64,000 nt of DNA from Raillietiella orientalis. Lineage: Eukaryota. The translations under genes were made by a program, and so were the position numbers. Positions 51,060 through 64,000 of the stretch are shown one piece after another (positions within the stretch are counted from its first letter, which is position 1; every line of letters begins with the position of its first letter). The DNA lies in contig JAYWIR010000006.1 of the NCBI GenBank assembly GCA_036172245.1, positions 2,480,001-2,544,000 on the forward strand, read 5' to 3'. The notes below the pieces were generated by a model that ran no database searches, had not been told where the DNA came from, and saw only the letters and a program-made list of their open reading frames with translations.

Positions 51060-54000
51060 TCAAATCGCAGTTGTCAGGCCCTCTCTCCAACTGCTGTGGG
51101 AAACGCGGCGCTGTTGCCGGAATGGAAGTTTCCGCGGAAGTGCGCCATTGTTGCGCCGAGCGCGCCATTCTTAACAGAGACGGAATGGCGGGAAGTGCTC
51201 TGCGGCTGGCGCTCCAGCCCGAGTAGAAGTTGTTTTTTCTTCTATTTTTCCTTTTTATGGTTTTTTTTTTTTTTTTTTTTTTTTTAAGCGCTTTTCGCTT
51301 TTTTATCGGGCACCGTTCGGCTCGTGCGATCTCGTAGGACCCTCGTTGACCTTTGTTGCCTTCTACGGCCTCTGCATCGGTTTGTCTGCGTGCGCAAGTG
51401 GGGAAACGACTATTCATCACTTTCCGTTCTTCACCCCACTCAGTCGGTGCCTGCGTTTCGATCCCTGGTGCGCCGTGGCATTCGCCGGGAAAGCGACAAC
51501 ATCCGCCGTCCGTGGTCGAGGGAGGAGCCAGGATTTTTCCTCCTCCTCCTCCTCCTCTTTTTTTTGGACCCCTTCGCCCTTATTGGGTTCTTCCGCTTCC
51601 CTACAGCTTTCCCGTGTCCCGAAAAAGCAGACAGAGCCCGCGCTCGAGCAACGGCGGCGGAAGGGGTGCTGCCCCATCCGATGCTTCCAGGAGGGAAGCA
51701 TCCTCGGGAAGTGGACGTTCCCTGATTTCGCGTGGACACGAGGTGCGCGGACGGGGTCGCCCAAATGCCTCCTCGGTCCGGAGGGGGCTGCGCACATGGG
51801 CGCGCGAAGAACGAGGGACCCGGAGGAGCGAGTCTGCCCCGATCTTCCGTCTAGGACGGCGGGGACGCGGTTCCCCTGCCCTCCCACCCTAGGCGAAGCT
51901 CGGCAAGGAGTGCGGCGGAGATGATGTCCTGGACCTCCCTCGCGGGCATTTCCCAGCTGGTGGTTTACGCTGTTCCCTTCTCCCTCTGCGGCTCCCATCC
52001 TGGAGCGTCATCGTTGCTGTCATCTTTTCGAGGGATCGAAAAGAGATGGCGCTCGCTTTTCGGAGTTCTCCGAGGGAGCCGCCAGATGGTCTCTTTCCCA
52101 GGAGAGACTTTTGTGTCCCGAGGATACTGTCGCTCCCTCCTTCCCTCGCTCACCTCCCCGCCTTTCCCCAGGGGGGAGGGGAACCCTGATCCTGCAGGAG
52201 ACCGGCACACCCCAGGGAAGCATCGCTGCGTCGCGCGGGACTCCCCTTCAGAACGCGTCCTAGAAAGCAGATGCGAAGGGAGCGCTCGCTCCTCTCCCGG
52301 TTGCCGCAGCTACGGATTCTCGTCCCCGGGTTGCGCAGGGCAATCCCAACCACGCCCTTTGGCTGCTCTCCCGCTTTCGGATGCTGCCCTTCTCTCGGTC
52401 AGCGGCGCCGTCGAAGGGCAAAGCCGAGACGGGAGCGCAGCGCCCCTATTTGGATGGGGGTTGGTTGAGGGATGGGGCGCGCGTTCCTGAAGCACCACCT
52501 GGGGGGCGGTTCCGAAGGCACATTCCCGTATCCGCTGGGGTCGGGGCGGTGCCGCGCCTGCCGGTAATCTCCCCCTCCCCCCATCTGTCCTTGCAAAGCG
52601 AAGATGAGAGCCCCTTCTATTCTCCTTCCGCCTTCAGCATCCCGGAATCTTTCCCTGAAAAGGGGCGGCGGAGGAGAGAAGGTGGAAAATCATGATCTGT
52701 GCGCGCCGGAGGCGGCTCGGAGCGAAGGGCGGGGTCTCTTCCCGCCGCACCCCTAGTCGTGGGGACATCCCGCCTAATCGGATGCCAAGGCTCGCCGCCC
52801 GAGTCGCCCTCCTTTCCTTCAGGTGGAGCGCGCGGATCGAAGGTCACGGCCGAGCGTCGACTGCGACCTTGGGTGAGGAAAGGGAGCGCTTCCCCATCCC
52901 ATCCTGCCGTTCCTTTCTGGAAGCGGGCCGGCCAGCTGTTCTCCGGGATGAAACCCGGAGCGGCCTCTTCGAGGGGAGTGGGTGGGAGATGGGGGAGGGG
53001 AACTCCACGTGGGGGTAGAGCGCTTCTCTCCTTTTTCCTCCCTCCTCCCTTTCCGGATCCCCTCGCACCCGCCGCCGCAGGGGGCGCCCACCCAGCTCCT
53101 CCCGTCCTCCTCCGCCTTTTCCGAGGCGGCGCCACCAGGGCCGCAAGGGGCGCTTCGGTGGGCATGGTGTGAGCCATAGGAGATGCCGGCAGGCGCTCTG
53201 CCCGGAGGGGCCGATCGCGTTCCATAGGTCTGCAGTGGATTGCAGGGAGGGGGTGCATCCTGTCCCCGTCAGCTCCGTGCGGAGGTGATATGGGCACTGC
53301 AGCTTCTGTTCGCGGAGCGCCATCGGAGGGCGGCCACCGTGCTGTTGCCTTCGGCTTTCGGGGGTCTCCTCCGCCCCCTTCTTCGGACAGTCCAACCGCC
53401 TGTCCCCTCCGCCGCCCTCTTCCCCCTCCTGCATCCCCTCCCTTTCCGCGCTGCTGGGGTGCGCTGCCGCTTTCCCTTTCAGTTGCCAGCGTCTCCCGCT
53501 CGCCCCGTCGCCTACGCGGGGGGTGCTCCGCTTTGATCGGAAGGCCCGGCGCCCCACCCCGCGTCCCCGTCCCCATGGGAACGCCACCGCAAAGGCCTCG
53601 GAGCTGGGACGGGGCGGGGGTTCCGTCCTGGAAGAGCCGAAGCTGCAGGTGAGGGGGTGAGGGCTTCCCTGAAGGTCCCGAGGGACCATGGAGGGGGACA
53701 CGAGGGCAGGGAGACCCCAAGGCGCCTCCGCAGAGCCTGCGCCGTCGAGACCATGCGGTTTCCGGCCCGACGCGGTCGGTCGGCCACCTCCAAAAAAAAG
53801 AAGGGGGAGGGAGGGGAAGGAGAGGCAGTTAATCCTCTCGAATCTTCTCGTCCAGACCCCTTGCTCATCACTTCCTCACCGTTCCGTCGCTATGATGGCG
53901 GCGGCAGCAGCTCCCTTCCTCGATCCTCTGCGATGGGTGGAGAAGCTGCGGGCGCGCGCGCGGCTCTCCTGGTGCTGCGCATGCGCTCAGGAACATTTAT

Positions 54001-56408
54001 TCTCCCCCACCCCATTCTCCCCCACTCTTCGGACCGGACCGGAAGGATATGCGGCTGCACCGTCTCGTGTTGTCGCTTCCCAACCTCGGTCTCTACCGGT
54101 CACCACCCGCCCGCCGCGTCCCGAGAACTCCTTCCATTCTCCCCCATGGGAAGGTTTCGGGAAGCGGAGGCCGCGGCGCGACGAAGACCGCAGGGGAGGG
54201 GGGAACTCCCTAGGCTCCTGGCGTCTCTTCTTTCCTCCTCCTCTTCCCCCCTTCCGGCGCGCCGCTCCTCCGAGGTCGGCTCCTGCTGAGCTTCGAGCGG
54301 TCTATCATCCCCGGGTACGAGGGAGGACGGCTTCCGGGAATCGCCGCCGGGAGCGCTGCAAGCGAGCGCCCCGCGGAAGCTCCGAGCGAGGGCGCGCCCC
54401 GCCCACCGCCTCCACTCGACAGGTCTCCGACCGGGAGCAAGGCTTCTCCGGAGCGGGACGGGCCCACGGACGAGCTGGGTGCCCCTTCTTTTGCTGGCTG
54501 CCGAGATCCCACCAAGGAGCGCGCTGCTGACTCAGACGGGATGCTCCCTCCGGCGACGTGTCCATGTCCTCCTGCCTCCGATGCGGTGCCGTTGGGGCTG
54601 CTTGAGCGCACGCTTGCTGGAAGTTCTGCTGCATGGCGATAGGGAGAGTTCCCCCTCCCCCCCCTCTCGTTTGCAAGTAGCAGTTTCCTTTCCCTTTCTT
54701 CTTCTTTCCTTCCTGTCCCCCCCCCCTCCCCGTCGTGTTTCCGTGGTGGGACGGCGGCACCTCCCGCTTCCCCCCCCCCCTCCCACATGCCTGTTTTCCA
54801 CGCAAAAAGCGAACTTTGAATCTAAGCAGATAGCGACCGAGAACCACTTTCTCTCTCGCACGCAATTGATTTTCCCAAGCCGTGCGCGAGGCTACCAGAA
54901 AGAAAGAGGTAGGGGGGGGGGAGAGGGGGAGAGAGAGAGAGGGGGGGGGAACCCCCTCCTTCTAACAATGAGAGCGCCAGGCAACGCTGGCGGTGAGTTT
55001 TGGTGCGCGCGTGTGAAAAACGTGATGATGCAAGCGGGAGGGAGGCAAGTCGTTCGTGCGCGAACGGATTCTGCAAGAACTCCGCCGCATCTGCTGCTGC
55101 CAGCGCCGCCACCGCCGCCACGGGATGATGATTTACTGGCACGTTCCGCATGGAACGAGCTGCGTGATCCACAGGGGGTGCGCGCGAGGGCGGGCTGCCT
55201 GCCGCAGGGATTCCCGGTCGTCACCGCCTCGTGCCTGACGGCGACCCTCGCAGCTTCTGCTGCTGCTGCTGTACGTCTGGATCCGAGTACGCGAGAGACG
55301 CCCGCGCGACTGCCTCCAGGTGTGTGCGGACGGGTACAAGGGTCGTGTGACGCCGTACACGTAGTCGCCATTGTTCTGTCTCAGTTTGTACGCTGCACGT
55401 ACGGTTACCTTGGGAAGGGAGGGAAAATCAATGTCGTCCGCTTCGCTAGGGAAGCGCCAGTCGCCGCGTCGATCCGCGTCTTCCTCGGACACGTCGCTGA
55501 CTGATGAATCAAAGTGCAGGTGGACACGAGAGTCATAGATCGGACACGAGACGCGCACGCGCAGAGCGAGTTGCGAGTGCGCAGCGAGGAAGGGAGGAGG
55601 GAGGGGGGGAGACATCCTAAGTTACTTGCTGAGAAAAGCTATCGAGGAGGTTTGATAGCATCCGAAAAAAACGAAAAAAAAAAAAAAAAAAGGCAGGGAG
55701 GGGGGGGGGGCGGCAGGGGAGAAAAGAAAGAAAGCAAAAAGAGGACGGGATGAACAGCAGCGATGATCGAGAAGAAATCTGCCGGAAAGGGAGCACCTCG
55801 CGCCGAAACACCCGCGCGTGCGCGTGGCGAAAAAGGGGCTCGACGTCTCCAGGGGCGGCGGCGGCGGAGTGGGTGCTGCCGCCGCTGGATTGCGGGGTTT
55901 CATTTTCTTTTCCGCAAGACCAGTAGCCGATTCCGGGTCAAATCGAGCGTTTCTACGTGAGAAGGCACAGCACGTGATCTGCAAGCGCCGGACGTGTTGG
56001 CAAAAAGGGGGAGGCGGGGGGAGGGGGGGGGGGAAGCCTCGTCGAGGCGAGAGAAGCCGCCCCGAACCACACGAGGCGCGCAGCCACCGATGCGCGCGGA
56101 TCTGCACAATAAAATGAAGAGTGATGCTAGCAGTAATAGAGATGAGCACTCGCCGCGCCAGTAGCGTAGTGTTCATTCATGTATCGTGCGTCCGTACACG
56201 TGTCGTGACTGCAGACGTGCGGAAACTGTCTCTCTGTGTGTGTACAGTTGGCAAATGCATGTGCGTGCGTTCTCATGTGGCACGTATTGAGATGATGCAT
56301 GAGACGTGCGGCAATTGAAATAAATAAAGCTGGTTGTGTGTGGATACATGGCGTATGACGTTGCGGAACGTACACTGCGTGTGCACATACATGTATTGCA
56401 ACAGGCGG

Positions 56409-56470
56409 TCTCTCTCTCTCTCTCTCTCTCTCTCCCTCTCTGTATATGTATATGTATATATGTACGTGTA
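56409..56470 (+). repeat. (TC)n microsatellite followed by degenerate (TATATG)n
   Basis: Direct reading of the sequence. Confidence 0.9.
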
Positions 56471-57829
56471 CGCAAGATTTTCTTTGATCACACTTGGGCT
56501 GGATCCTCGTTTTCGTTTTCTCCAAGAGAGGAAAGTGGCACGAGAAAACTGGCCTGTTCCGTCACGGGCAGCAAAAGAATCTCTTTCCCGAGGTCTCCCG
56601 CGGCGGGAGAGGCGACAATCGCTCTTTTCTATTCGCGTCTGGTCCTCGGTGCTCGCTGTTTTTTCTTCCTCTCCACCCGGGTGATCTGTTTTCAGTGATG
56701 TTCCGTACGCATCTTGCTCCTTTAGAGCTTGGCAGGCGAGACCGGCGCAAACAACGCCCTCCTGCTGCTGCGACTCGGGCTCCTCGCCCAAGAGTTGTTG
56801 GTTCTGGTCAGCTGTCCATCCCCGCGGTCGAGTTTCCTGCCGCTCCGCGGCTGGTGGAAGAACGTGGGGGTCCTGGAAGAATAGGTGTCTTGCCCTTCTC
56901 CCTGCTGTTGCGGGAGACTGTGAACTCGGAAGGCGAAAGTGCGACTCCGAAGGGATCCGTGCTCGCAGGCGAGCAGCTTCACGGGGTTATTGCGCGTCTG
57001 TCAGTCGGGTTCCCTGCTGCCATCTCTTGCGCTTTTCTTTCCTGCAAAAATGACCTCTGCTGAAACGAGCCTTCCTGCGGCTTTGCTTTCGGCCGGCCGG
57101 TTTCGTTTCTTGTTCCGCGCACTCGCAGGATCAAAATGGCAAAAACAAAAAAAGAAAGAAAAGAGAAAAGAAAAAAGAAAAGGGAAGCTGCAGTTTAGCA
57201 GTCGCGTGCTTCATGCACGAAAGGAGAAGGGGCTGCTGCTGTCACTTTCGATCTCATTGTCTTCTGAAGCTGAGCATCTCAAGATCGGTCGGGAGAAAAG
57301 AAAAGGAAAAAACAAGAGGGCGACGCGTTGTCTCGCGGACGGTCTCAGGTACCGAAGCGGAGGAGGCGGAATGAGGAGGAAGAGGAAGGCAGACATCCAT
57401 AGGAATCGCAGGCTTCGAAGGCGAAAGAACAGAGTTTTAGCAAGTGGCTGTGGTTGTCCAGCCGGGAGAACGCTCTTGTAGATTGCGCGCAGATAGAGAC
57501 TCACAGGTGGAAGGCAGGCTTTTTTTCCTTCTCAAAAAGAGACAAAACAAAAGAAGCCTTCTTCGGAGCTTGAAGACGCTATGGCGCCCAGATGCAGCTT
57601 TCAATACATCTGTGGTTTCCGGCTGCCTCTTGCAATGTTCGTTTTTCGTTCTCACTCCCCGCTTTTCGGGGCCGCACCACAGTGTCGCGCAGCAGCTTCA
57701 GCACCGCCTGCGCACCGATTGTGCTGCTGCGCCCGGCTGAAGAGACGGACCGGGTTGTCTTCCGATGGGCTTCGCATCGCGCGAGACCCGGGATGCATTC
57801 GCTCCCCCAGCGACTCTTCGGGGAACTGT

Positions 57830-57849
57830 CGCGCGCGCGCGCGCGCGCG
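57830..57849. repeat. (CG)10 alternating purine-pyrimidine tract
   Basis: Direct reading of the sequence. Confidence 0.95.
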
Positions 57850-60800
57850 GGATGGGGTGGGGCGGGGGAGAGGAGCCTTCCTGCGAGGGGCAAACGTGCA
57901 AAGTGGGAACCGAGAGTGCGAGTGCCGACCGTCGAGCGTGCGCGCCCGCACGCAGCTTTGGGACTCTTGCAATGGTAATTGATATACGCACGGAGGGAGT
58001 GTGCTCTCTTTCCAAGCCCCCCAACGCATCCGATTTCGAGCAGGAAGCACGCACGGCGCACCCGTTCTTCTGCTCGAAGAGCGCCTTTCGGGTTTACCCG
58101 TTCCCAAGTGGTTGCTGCCGAAGCGGCGGCATCGTCTATTTTCAAACCGTCGCCGCCGCCAGCGAGCGAGCTGTGGCATCACTGCCGCGCACGCCGGATG
58201 TAAACAGGCCATTGTTTCGGATGATGAGGATGGCGTGGATGTTTCCCCACGAACGAGATCTCCATCCAGGCCGTCGTCTCCAAAATTCGTTAGGAGGTTA
58301 AAAATAAAGGCATTTAAAAGCCGGGAACTCGGCGGAAGGGAGGAGGGGCTTCCCAGCGCACCGGCGGAACTTCGGAGGATGCTGGGAGAACTTTTTCTCT
58401 TCGTCCGATTTCTAAAATTAGTACCTGTCATAAAAAGTCTCGTACGCAGTTCGTCATGCAGGCGTCCCACCGCGGCGCCGCGTGGTGCGAACTCGCAGCT
58501 TCGCGTCTCTTTTTCCCAGTGGACCGAGCGAGGAGCGTTGCGGCGCGTCGCCGCGCGCTGCTGCCCGACACCGTTCGCTCCCGCTGCACCTCGCGGGGAC
58601 TGCGCTCGCCGGGAACGGCAGCGAGCCTGCACACCGCACCCGGGAGAGGTGGGGAGGGGTACCGAGGGAAAAGACAACGTGCCGACGCCAAACTCGCTCC
58701 CGCCGCTCGCATTCTCCCTCGACTTCACTCGGGATCTCGAGGAACCCGCCTTCGCCTCTCTCGCCGAGCAAGCTATATTGGGGCATTCTGCATCCCAGAG
58801 CGCCGCTGCTCCCTCTGGTCCTGATCCTCCTTGCAGCGTGCGGTGCCGCAGTCGGCGCATCTGTTGTTTATTTTCCTCCCCGAATGTTGCGCGTATCTTT
58901 TGGCATTGTTCGGAGCTGCTTGTCTATAAACAACGTCTTCGACTGAGGAGACTCTCGGCACGAAAACAAACCGCAGTGTTAAAAAAGAAAGAAAGAAAGG
59001 ATCCCGAGAGTGTCCAAGGTTACTTTTGCAAGCAGCCTCGACACTCCAAAACTAGATCGGGCATTTTTTTTTTTCTTTCTTCCTTTTTGGTGGGATTGCG
59101 ACAAAGACTTCCGGATGTTCCGCATCCCGGGCAAGACTCCCATCGAACGCTTCCTCTCTGCGCTCGTTGTCCCCAAAAAAGTTTGTAGGAAAAAACAGAA
59201 TGAAGTGTCCAGAACGATGGCAGCCGGACCTCGGGAGAATAAAGAAGAGCGATCGATGCACCATAGGTGCCAGGCTTCTTGCTTTTCCTGTTCCTCTGCA
59301 GCACGGGCGCGCTTTCCTGGGAGGAACACCGCGGGTGTTTCTCGTTATTTGTGCCTTTATGGGTTCCATCGACAGGAAGTCCTGGTGCTCCTTCTCGAAA
59401 TGGACGCCTTCCTAGTCGCGGAAGCTCCCGAGCTCTAGGATTTTTTTCTTCTCTCTCTCTCTCTCTGCAACATTTTGTTAACTCAGCAGCTTCTCGTGCA
59501 AGTGCCTCCCTCCCAGAGGTGCTGTAAAGCAAGAGTTGATACCAACAGACCAATCAGTGAGTATCCAAAAGGGACTCCTGTTTAGCGTGGACTTGCACAG
59601 GGTGGTGGAACACAAAAGATTTGCATGATCGCCTCAGAGTCCTTCAGGAACGAGGGATGTGGAAGGGCTCGGCGTGGGCAGAACGATGGTCGACCTTTGA
59701 ATGTAGGAACGGCAGGTGAAGACGTTGGATGTTACGAAGGTGGAGGGAGGGAAAGTTATTTGTCCCGATGACGGCAGTGCTGAGAGCCGTGACTTTGCCC
59801 GCATCGTAATCCGCGAGTTCTTCGTGCAGTCTTTTCGCCGTCTCGCCATCCAAGGCTGGGCGTCAGGAATACATCGGCCTTTATTAGAAAGGGAACTGGC
59901 AGAACAATAGGAGATCCGTGGATCCTGTTCAGGAAGATTGGCAGATGCGCATCGGCTGAATTCCCAGTCGATCCGGGATACCTAATCCAAGGATGGCTAT
60001 GGCCGCTGCAATTACTCCCGATTCGTTTCATTTTTTTGCCTCAGCTCCCGTGTCGCGCTAAGTTGGCTTTACTCGTGTTTGCTGCCCTCTGCAGGAAAAG
60101 TATGTATAGTAGCAGAAGAAAATTCGAGATCCACTGCGGCTGATCGCTGCGTGGCACGCCAAGAAGTCTTCATCCTCCCCTCCAATCGGGAAAGAAGGAG
60201 GAAGAAGAGGAAAAACGCGATATGTTTGTCTGTAACGCCCGAATCCGAAAAAGGACCGATTTTCTTCCACGACTTATGTCCCCGAACTACACGAGTGAAT
60301 TCGGGAGACCGGGAAATGCTTCTGCATCTCAACTGGGCAGGCAGCAGCAGCGCCTTATCCACTGTTTCATTCCGGCCTTTCGGATTTTACGCCTCCGACG
60401 CGTTTTCTTGCACCAGCACCATGGGAGCCTGCAATTCACGGCTCAGCCCAGATGAGCGTACTGATTTCCCGTGCGTTTGGTTTGCAGTTGACTGGAGGGA
60501 ATGAGAATGTTCGGTCTCCACCCGAGTGTCCATAGCAACCCGAAGTCAGTAAGAAGCATCTGAAATTTCCCATTAGGTGATAAATGTGGTTAGTTCATGC
60601 AATGTTCGCTGCGTGACGATCTCAGTTTGGGTATCCTTTGAGGGTCACACCTGTAATCCTCAAAACCCCAGGCCAAGGTCAAGACGGAAAGCTGCATAAG
60701 GATGCGCTGCAGTCGCCGCAGAGGCCTCCCCAGACGACGCTAGAAATGCTTGGCGATTTTCTTTGAGAACCGTCATCCAGTGGATGGTTGTCCCTGCGAA

Positions 60801-63800
60801 ATTTCCCGAATCTCCGTGTGGCTGCCAGGTCTCTTCGGTGATTCCTCTGGACTCTTATCCGCATTCTGCGGGGAGTGAAGCCAGAAAAAAAAGGAAAAAG
60901 TTCCGTATTTCCTGAACCACGCCGCGCTGCAGATCGATTTCCTCCAGCTGTACCCTTGCTGCAGAAATTCCAATCGCAAGCTGTAGACAACCTTTTCATT
61001 ATCTTTCCGACCAAGCGGAGATGGGAATCATTAGTGAATTCAGAGTTTCCTCTTAAAAACAAGGTGACCAGTCACACTCATCGGACCGGCACGTGTCACG
61101 TCATCACGATCGGTTTCTGTGCCTTTTCCTCCGTGTCGCAGCAGGCAGTGCGCGATCGATGAGCACGCTGCCGAGCACTTCCGACCTCCCGATTTCCTCT
61201 TAACGGTTTCGAACTGCGGCTGGTCTTTGGCAGCAAGACATCGTTTTGCTAATCACGTTGAAGGAAAGGTTCGATAAGCGGATGGAGTGCGATAAGGCAA
61301 GTGCCACTGGAGACTGAATCCGCGTTGAATCAACAGTCCCGACGTCGGTGTTACAGTGCAAATGTCTTACACGAATTTCCCTTCAAAAGGCAAACTTTCC
61401 CACAGCAGAAGTGGAAGCGCAAGAAACTTTAGCAATTAGTTCCAGCCGAGCGGTGTTCAGCAATCGGCATAACGAGCTTGGAATTCAAGTTCACGTGGTT
61501 CACAGCCTTGATCACGGTTCGGCCGATCCTTCCCAACTCCGAGCGAAAGAAAGGGAAGATCGTTCTTTACCGTAGATTCGGCGATACGCATATTCGGGGA
61601 AACACCACAAGGGAACACGTGGGCTGCGTTGGACGTGTTATAACTCAAATACGCGAGAAGCACGCTCTCGTTCTTCCTTCAAAGTTACACCTTTAGCCGT
61701 TCTTGGAAAGTAGAAATACGAAGTCGCGTGCATCGCTTTAAGCCTTGAAGAATGATAAGATGGAGTGGAGCACCTCGTGACGCACAGTTCTCGAGTTGGC
61801 AGTCGGGAAACCGTCCTCTTCATCCCAACCGATAGACACACTTGTAGAGGTGCGTTTCAAGATTTGATACCGAAGGCTGAGAGTTCCAAACGGTGACGTC
61901 CAGTCTCCCATTACTGCCAGCGGTTACCAATCGGTTAACGGCTGCGCATCTTGGCCGAAGAAACCAATGAACCATCCGAACTCTTACGTTTCATGTGCTG
62001 TGGTTCTTAATGGCGTTTTCAGCGTTCACAGATCAACCATTTGGGGGAGAGAGTTGAGAACTATTTTATGCATATGCATGCATAAGTTTGACCCAACGTT
62101 CATCACCTCATCATCATCATCATCATTGCAGCAGGGTGTTCCGACACGTCCCCGATCGGCTCCTGTTATCTACTGACCACAGACTCCGTAACCAGCCATC
62201 GAAAAGGGACGGCAGAACTTGAAATTTTGCTTTTTCGGTGCTAATCTTCCGTTTCCTGATGGGAATTTCGCAGCTGCTCCACTGGTCAGCCTTTAGGGTG
62301 ACCTCGGTTATGAGTTACATGCTTCAGAATCACAGCTTTCAAGAGGTTCGGTCACCAGAGTGTCTGCCATTCGTAACCGGGCACTGCTGTTCCCTGCGAA
62401 GAACCTTAGAGCTCCTTAGACAGGAGCACGAATGGATTCCCATTCGTGAAGGGCTGCTTCTTCTAATTTACGAATGCGGCTGACGGCTTAATCATGAGGA
62501 GCTCCCTTCTCTCTCTCAGAGCTAAATGATCCAAAGCATCTGAACCTTTGAAGCATAGCCTTTTTTCTTTTTTCTTTGGCAAAAGTCTCCTGTGAATCTC
62601 TGATTGTTGTTCCAGCATAACAGGAAAACAACGAAACTGTTGTTCTCATCAGTAATTCAATATGAGTGTTAAACAAGATGATGCTGGCGTGAAGCAAAAA
62701 AGAGAGAAAGAGAGAAGGAAGGAAAAACAGCTGCCTAAAGAGAGAGAGGCCAATAAAAAGCAAAAAAGCACTACACTAATGGTGCATTTTATGGCCGAAT
62801 TGGAACCTTTGCAATGTGGATGCACAAAAGCGACGTGCAAAATGAATATTTGAGGATTCTTTCGCTTCGATTCTTGCTACCTGTGACTTGCGCGCTTCCG
62901 GTATCTGTTTATTCGCTCAACCCTGATGCACGCATCCAGGAGTGGCTCCGTAGATTGTTCCGCAAGTAAGCGATACAGTTAGACGTAAAGCATGCTGATT
63001 CAGAACGCAACAAAGGCGTTACAGACACGCAAACAGACACGGAGCTTTTGGACGGATCTTGCTGCACGGATGCACCGGAAAGCCCAGGATGGCCGCTCCT
63101 GACCGCGTCTGCTGAAGCCTTGGATCTGCGAAACTTCCAGCACGAGACAGCCACCAGCATTCACCTCCCACGATCTTCGCAGCCCCCAAAGTGCAACTAG
63201 GAGCGTGCTCTACATGTCTTTCGGTGCACTCGTTTGGTACCAGGGGGCTTTCCTTCCGATAAAGTGTGATTCACGCTTTAGCCTCGCCGGAGAAACCCAC
63301 GCGTGAGCTTGCAAGCCGGGAATGGTAGTTTTCAGGATGCGAGCATTTCTGGGAACGCTTGGAACGAGCGAGTTACGCGATCCAAGCTGCGCCACGGGGC
63401 GATCGGCGTGCAGCAGAAATCGCTTGTGATTCTGTGGAAAAAAAAAAAAAAAAAAAACGTCCATGAAAATTCGACTTCCTCATAGGACGTGTGGTGTGTG
63501 CTCTCGGTGTGCTCCTTCTCCCTTGCTTCGGTGATGCAGGGAATGTATGCAGGGGAGCGACCTCGTCGAATCCTCCTCGCGCGCAGGTTTACCGTCATCG
63601 TTTCTTCTTCCTTTTCCTGTACGATCATCACGTTTATCCGGTGGCCGCGAATTCCAAAACGCTGATCCCGAACGCGGCAAAAGCGGTTCGCAAGCAGCCA
63701 TTCCCCCTCCCCCCCCACAAGAAAGCCGTGCCGGCGTGCAAGGGGAACGTCCGTTCCCACGGGATTGCGGAAGCGGGCGCTGGCACAGTTTCCGCGTACA

Positions 63801-64000
63801 TCGCGTGCCCGTTTCGACCTGCGCTTCCCCCGACAGACCTTCCTTGGTCTGACCTGCTGGCTCGGTACTTCATCACCCCTGATCGATTATATACTGCTAT
63901 TTGCCCGAGCCCCCTCGCGGAGACCTTGATTCGAATTTGGGGCTCAACTGGAGCAGCGGACGGCGTGGGGCGCTCTTCGAGATGTGCAACCTGTGCGCCG

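Noticed and set aside
54822..55371. Minus-strand frames with poly-Gln and Ala-rich runs resembling a transcription factor
   Set aside because: An in-frame TGA separates the runs, there is no DNA-binding domain, and no convincing splice sites; likely CAG/GCG triplet noise.
57652..59188. Overlapping 402 aa (-) and 395 aa (+) ORFs, including MACLHPACAAVMPQLARW followed by a possible donor
   Set aside because: No recognisable family, and the nearest candidate minus-strand exon (acceptor near 57042) has stops in all three frames.

Overview
Animal nuclear genomic DNA, probably from an arthropod-like invertebrate (inference from short GT-AG introns, microsatellites and mosaic GC/CpG content). Most ORFs in the six-frame track look like GC-rich noise. 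Supported content: (1) eight phase-consistent minus-strand exons (17486 down to 4381) of an SLC7A9/b(0,+)AT-like amino acid transporter, with the last exons not found in the window; (2) a ~150 bp decaying fragment of a bacterial-type ATP synthase gamma gene (26812-26958) that I read as Wolbachia/Anaplasmataceae-like, i.e. a probable endosymbiont-to-host transfer; (3) two diverged copies of a long tRNA-headed SINE-like element whose body is made of degenerate ~45 bp units; (4) a 712 bp MITE with 122 bp terminal inverted repeats joined to the head of the second SINE; (5) an intronless Siva-like zinc-finger CDS (34680-35084); (6) two spliced plus-strand exons of an unidentified protein with an RVxF motif; (7) candidate regulatory motif clusters. 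No rRNA, intact tRNA, CRISPR array or autonomous transposon ORF was recognised. I cannot claim a new multi-gene system; the endosymbiont fragment and the SINE/MITE architecture are the most unusual signals.
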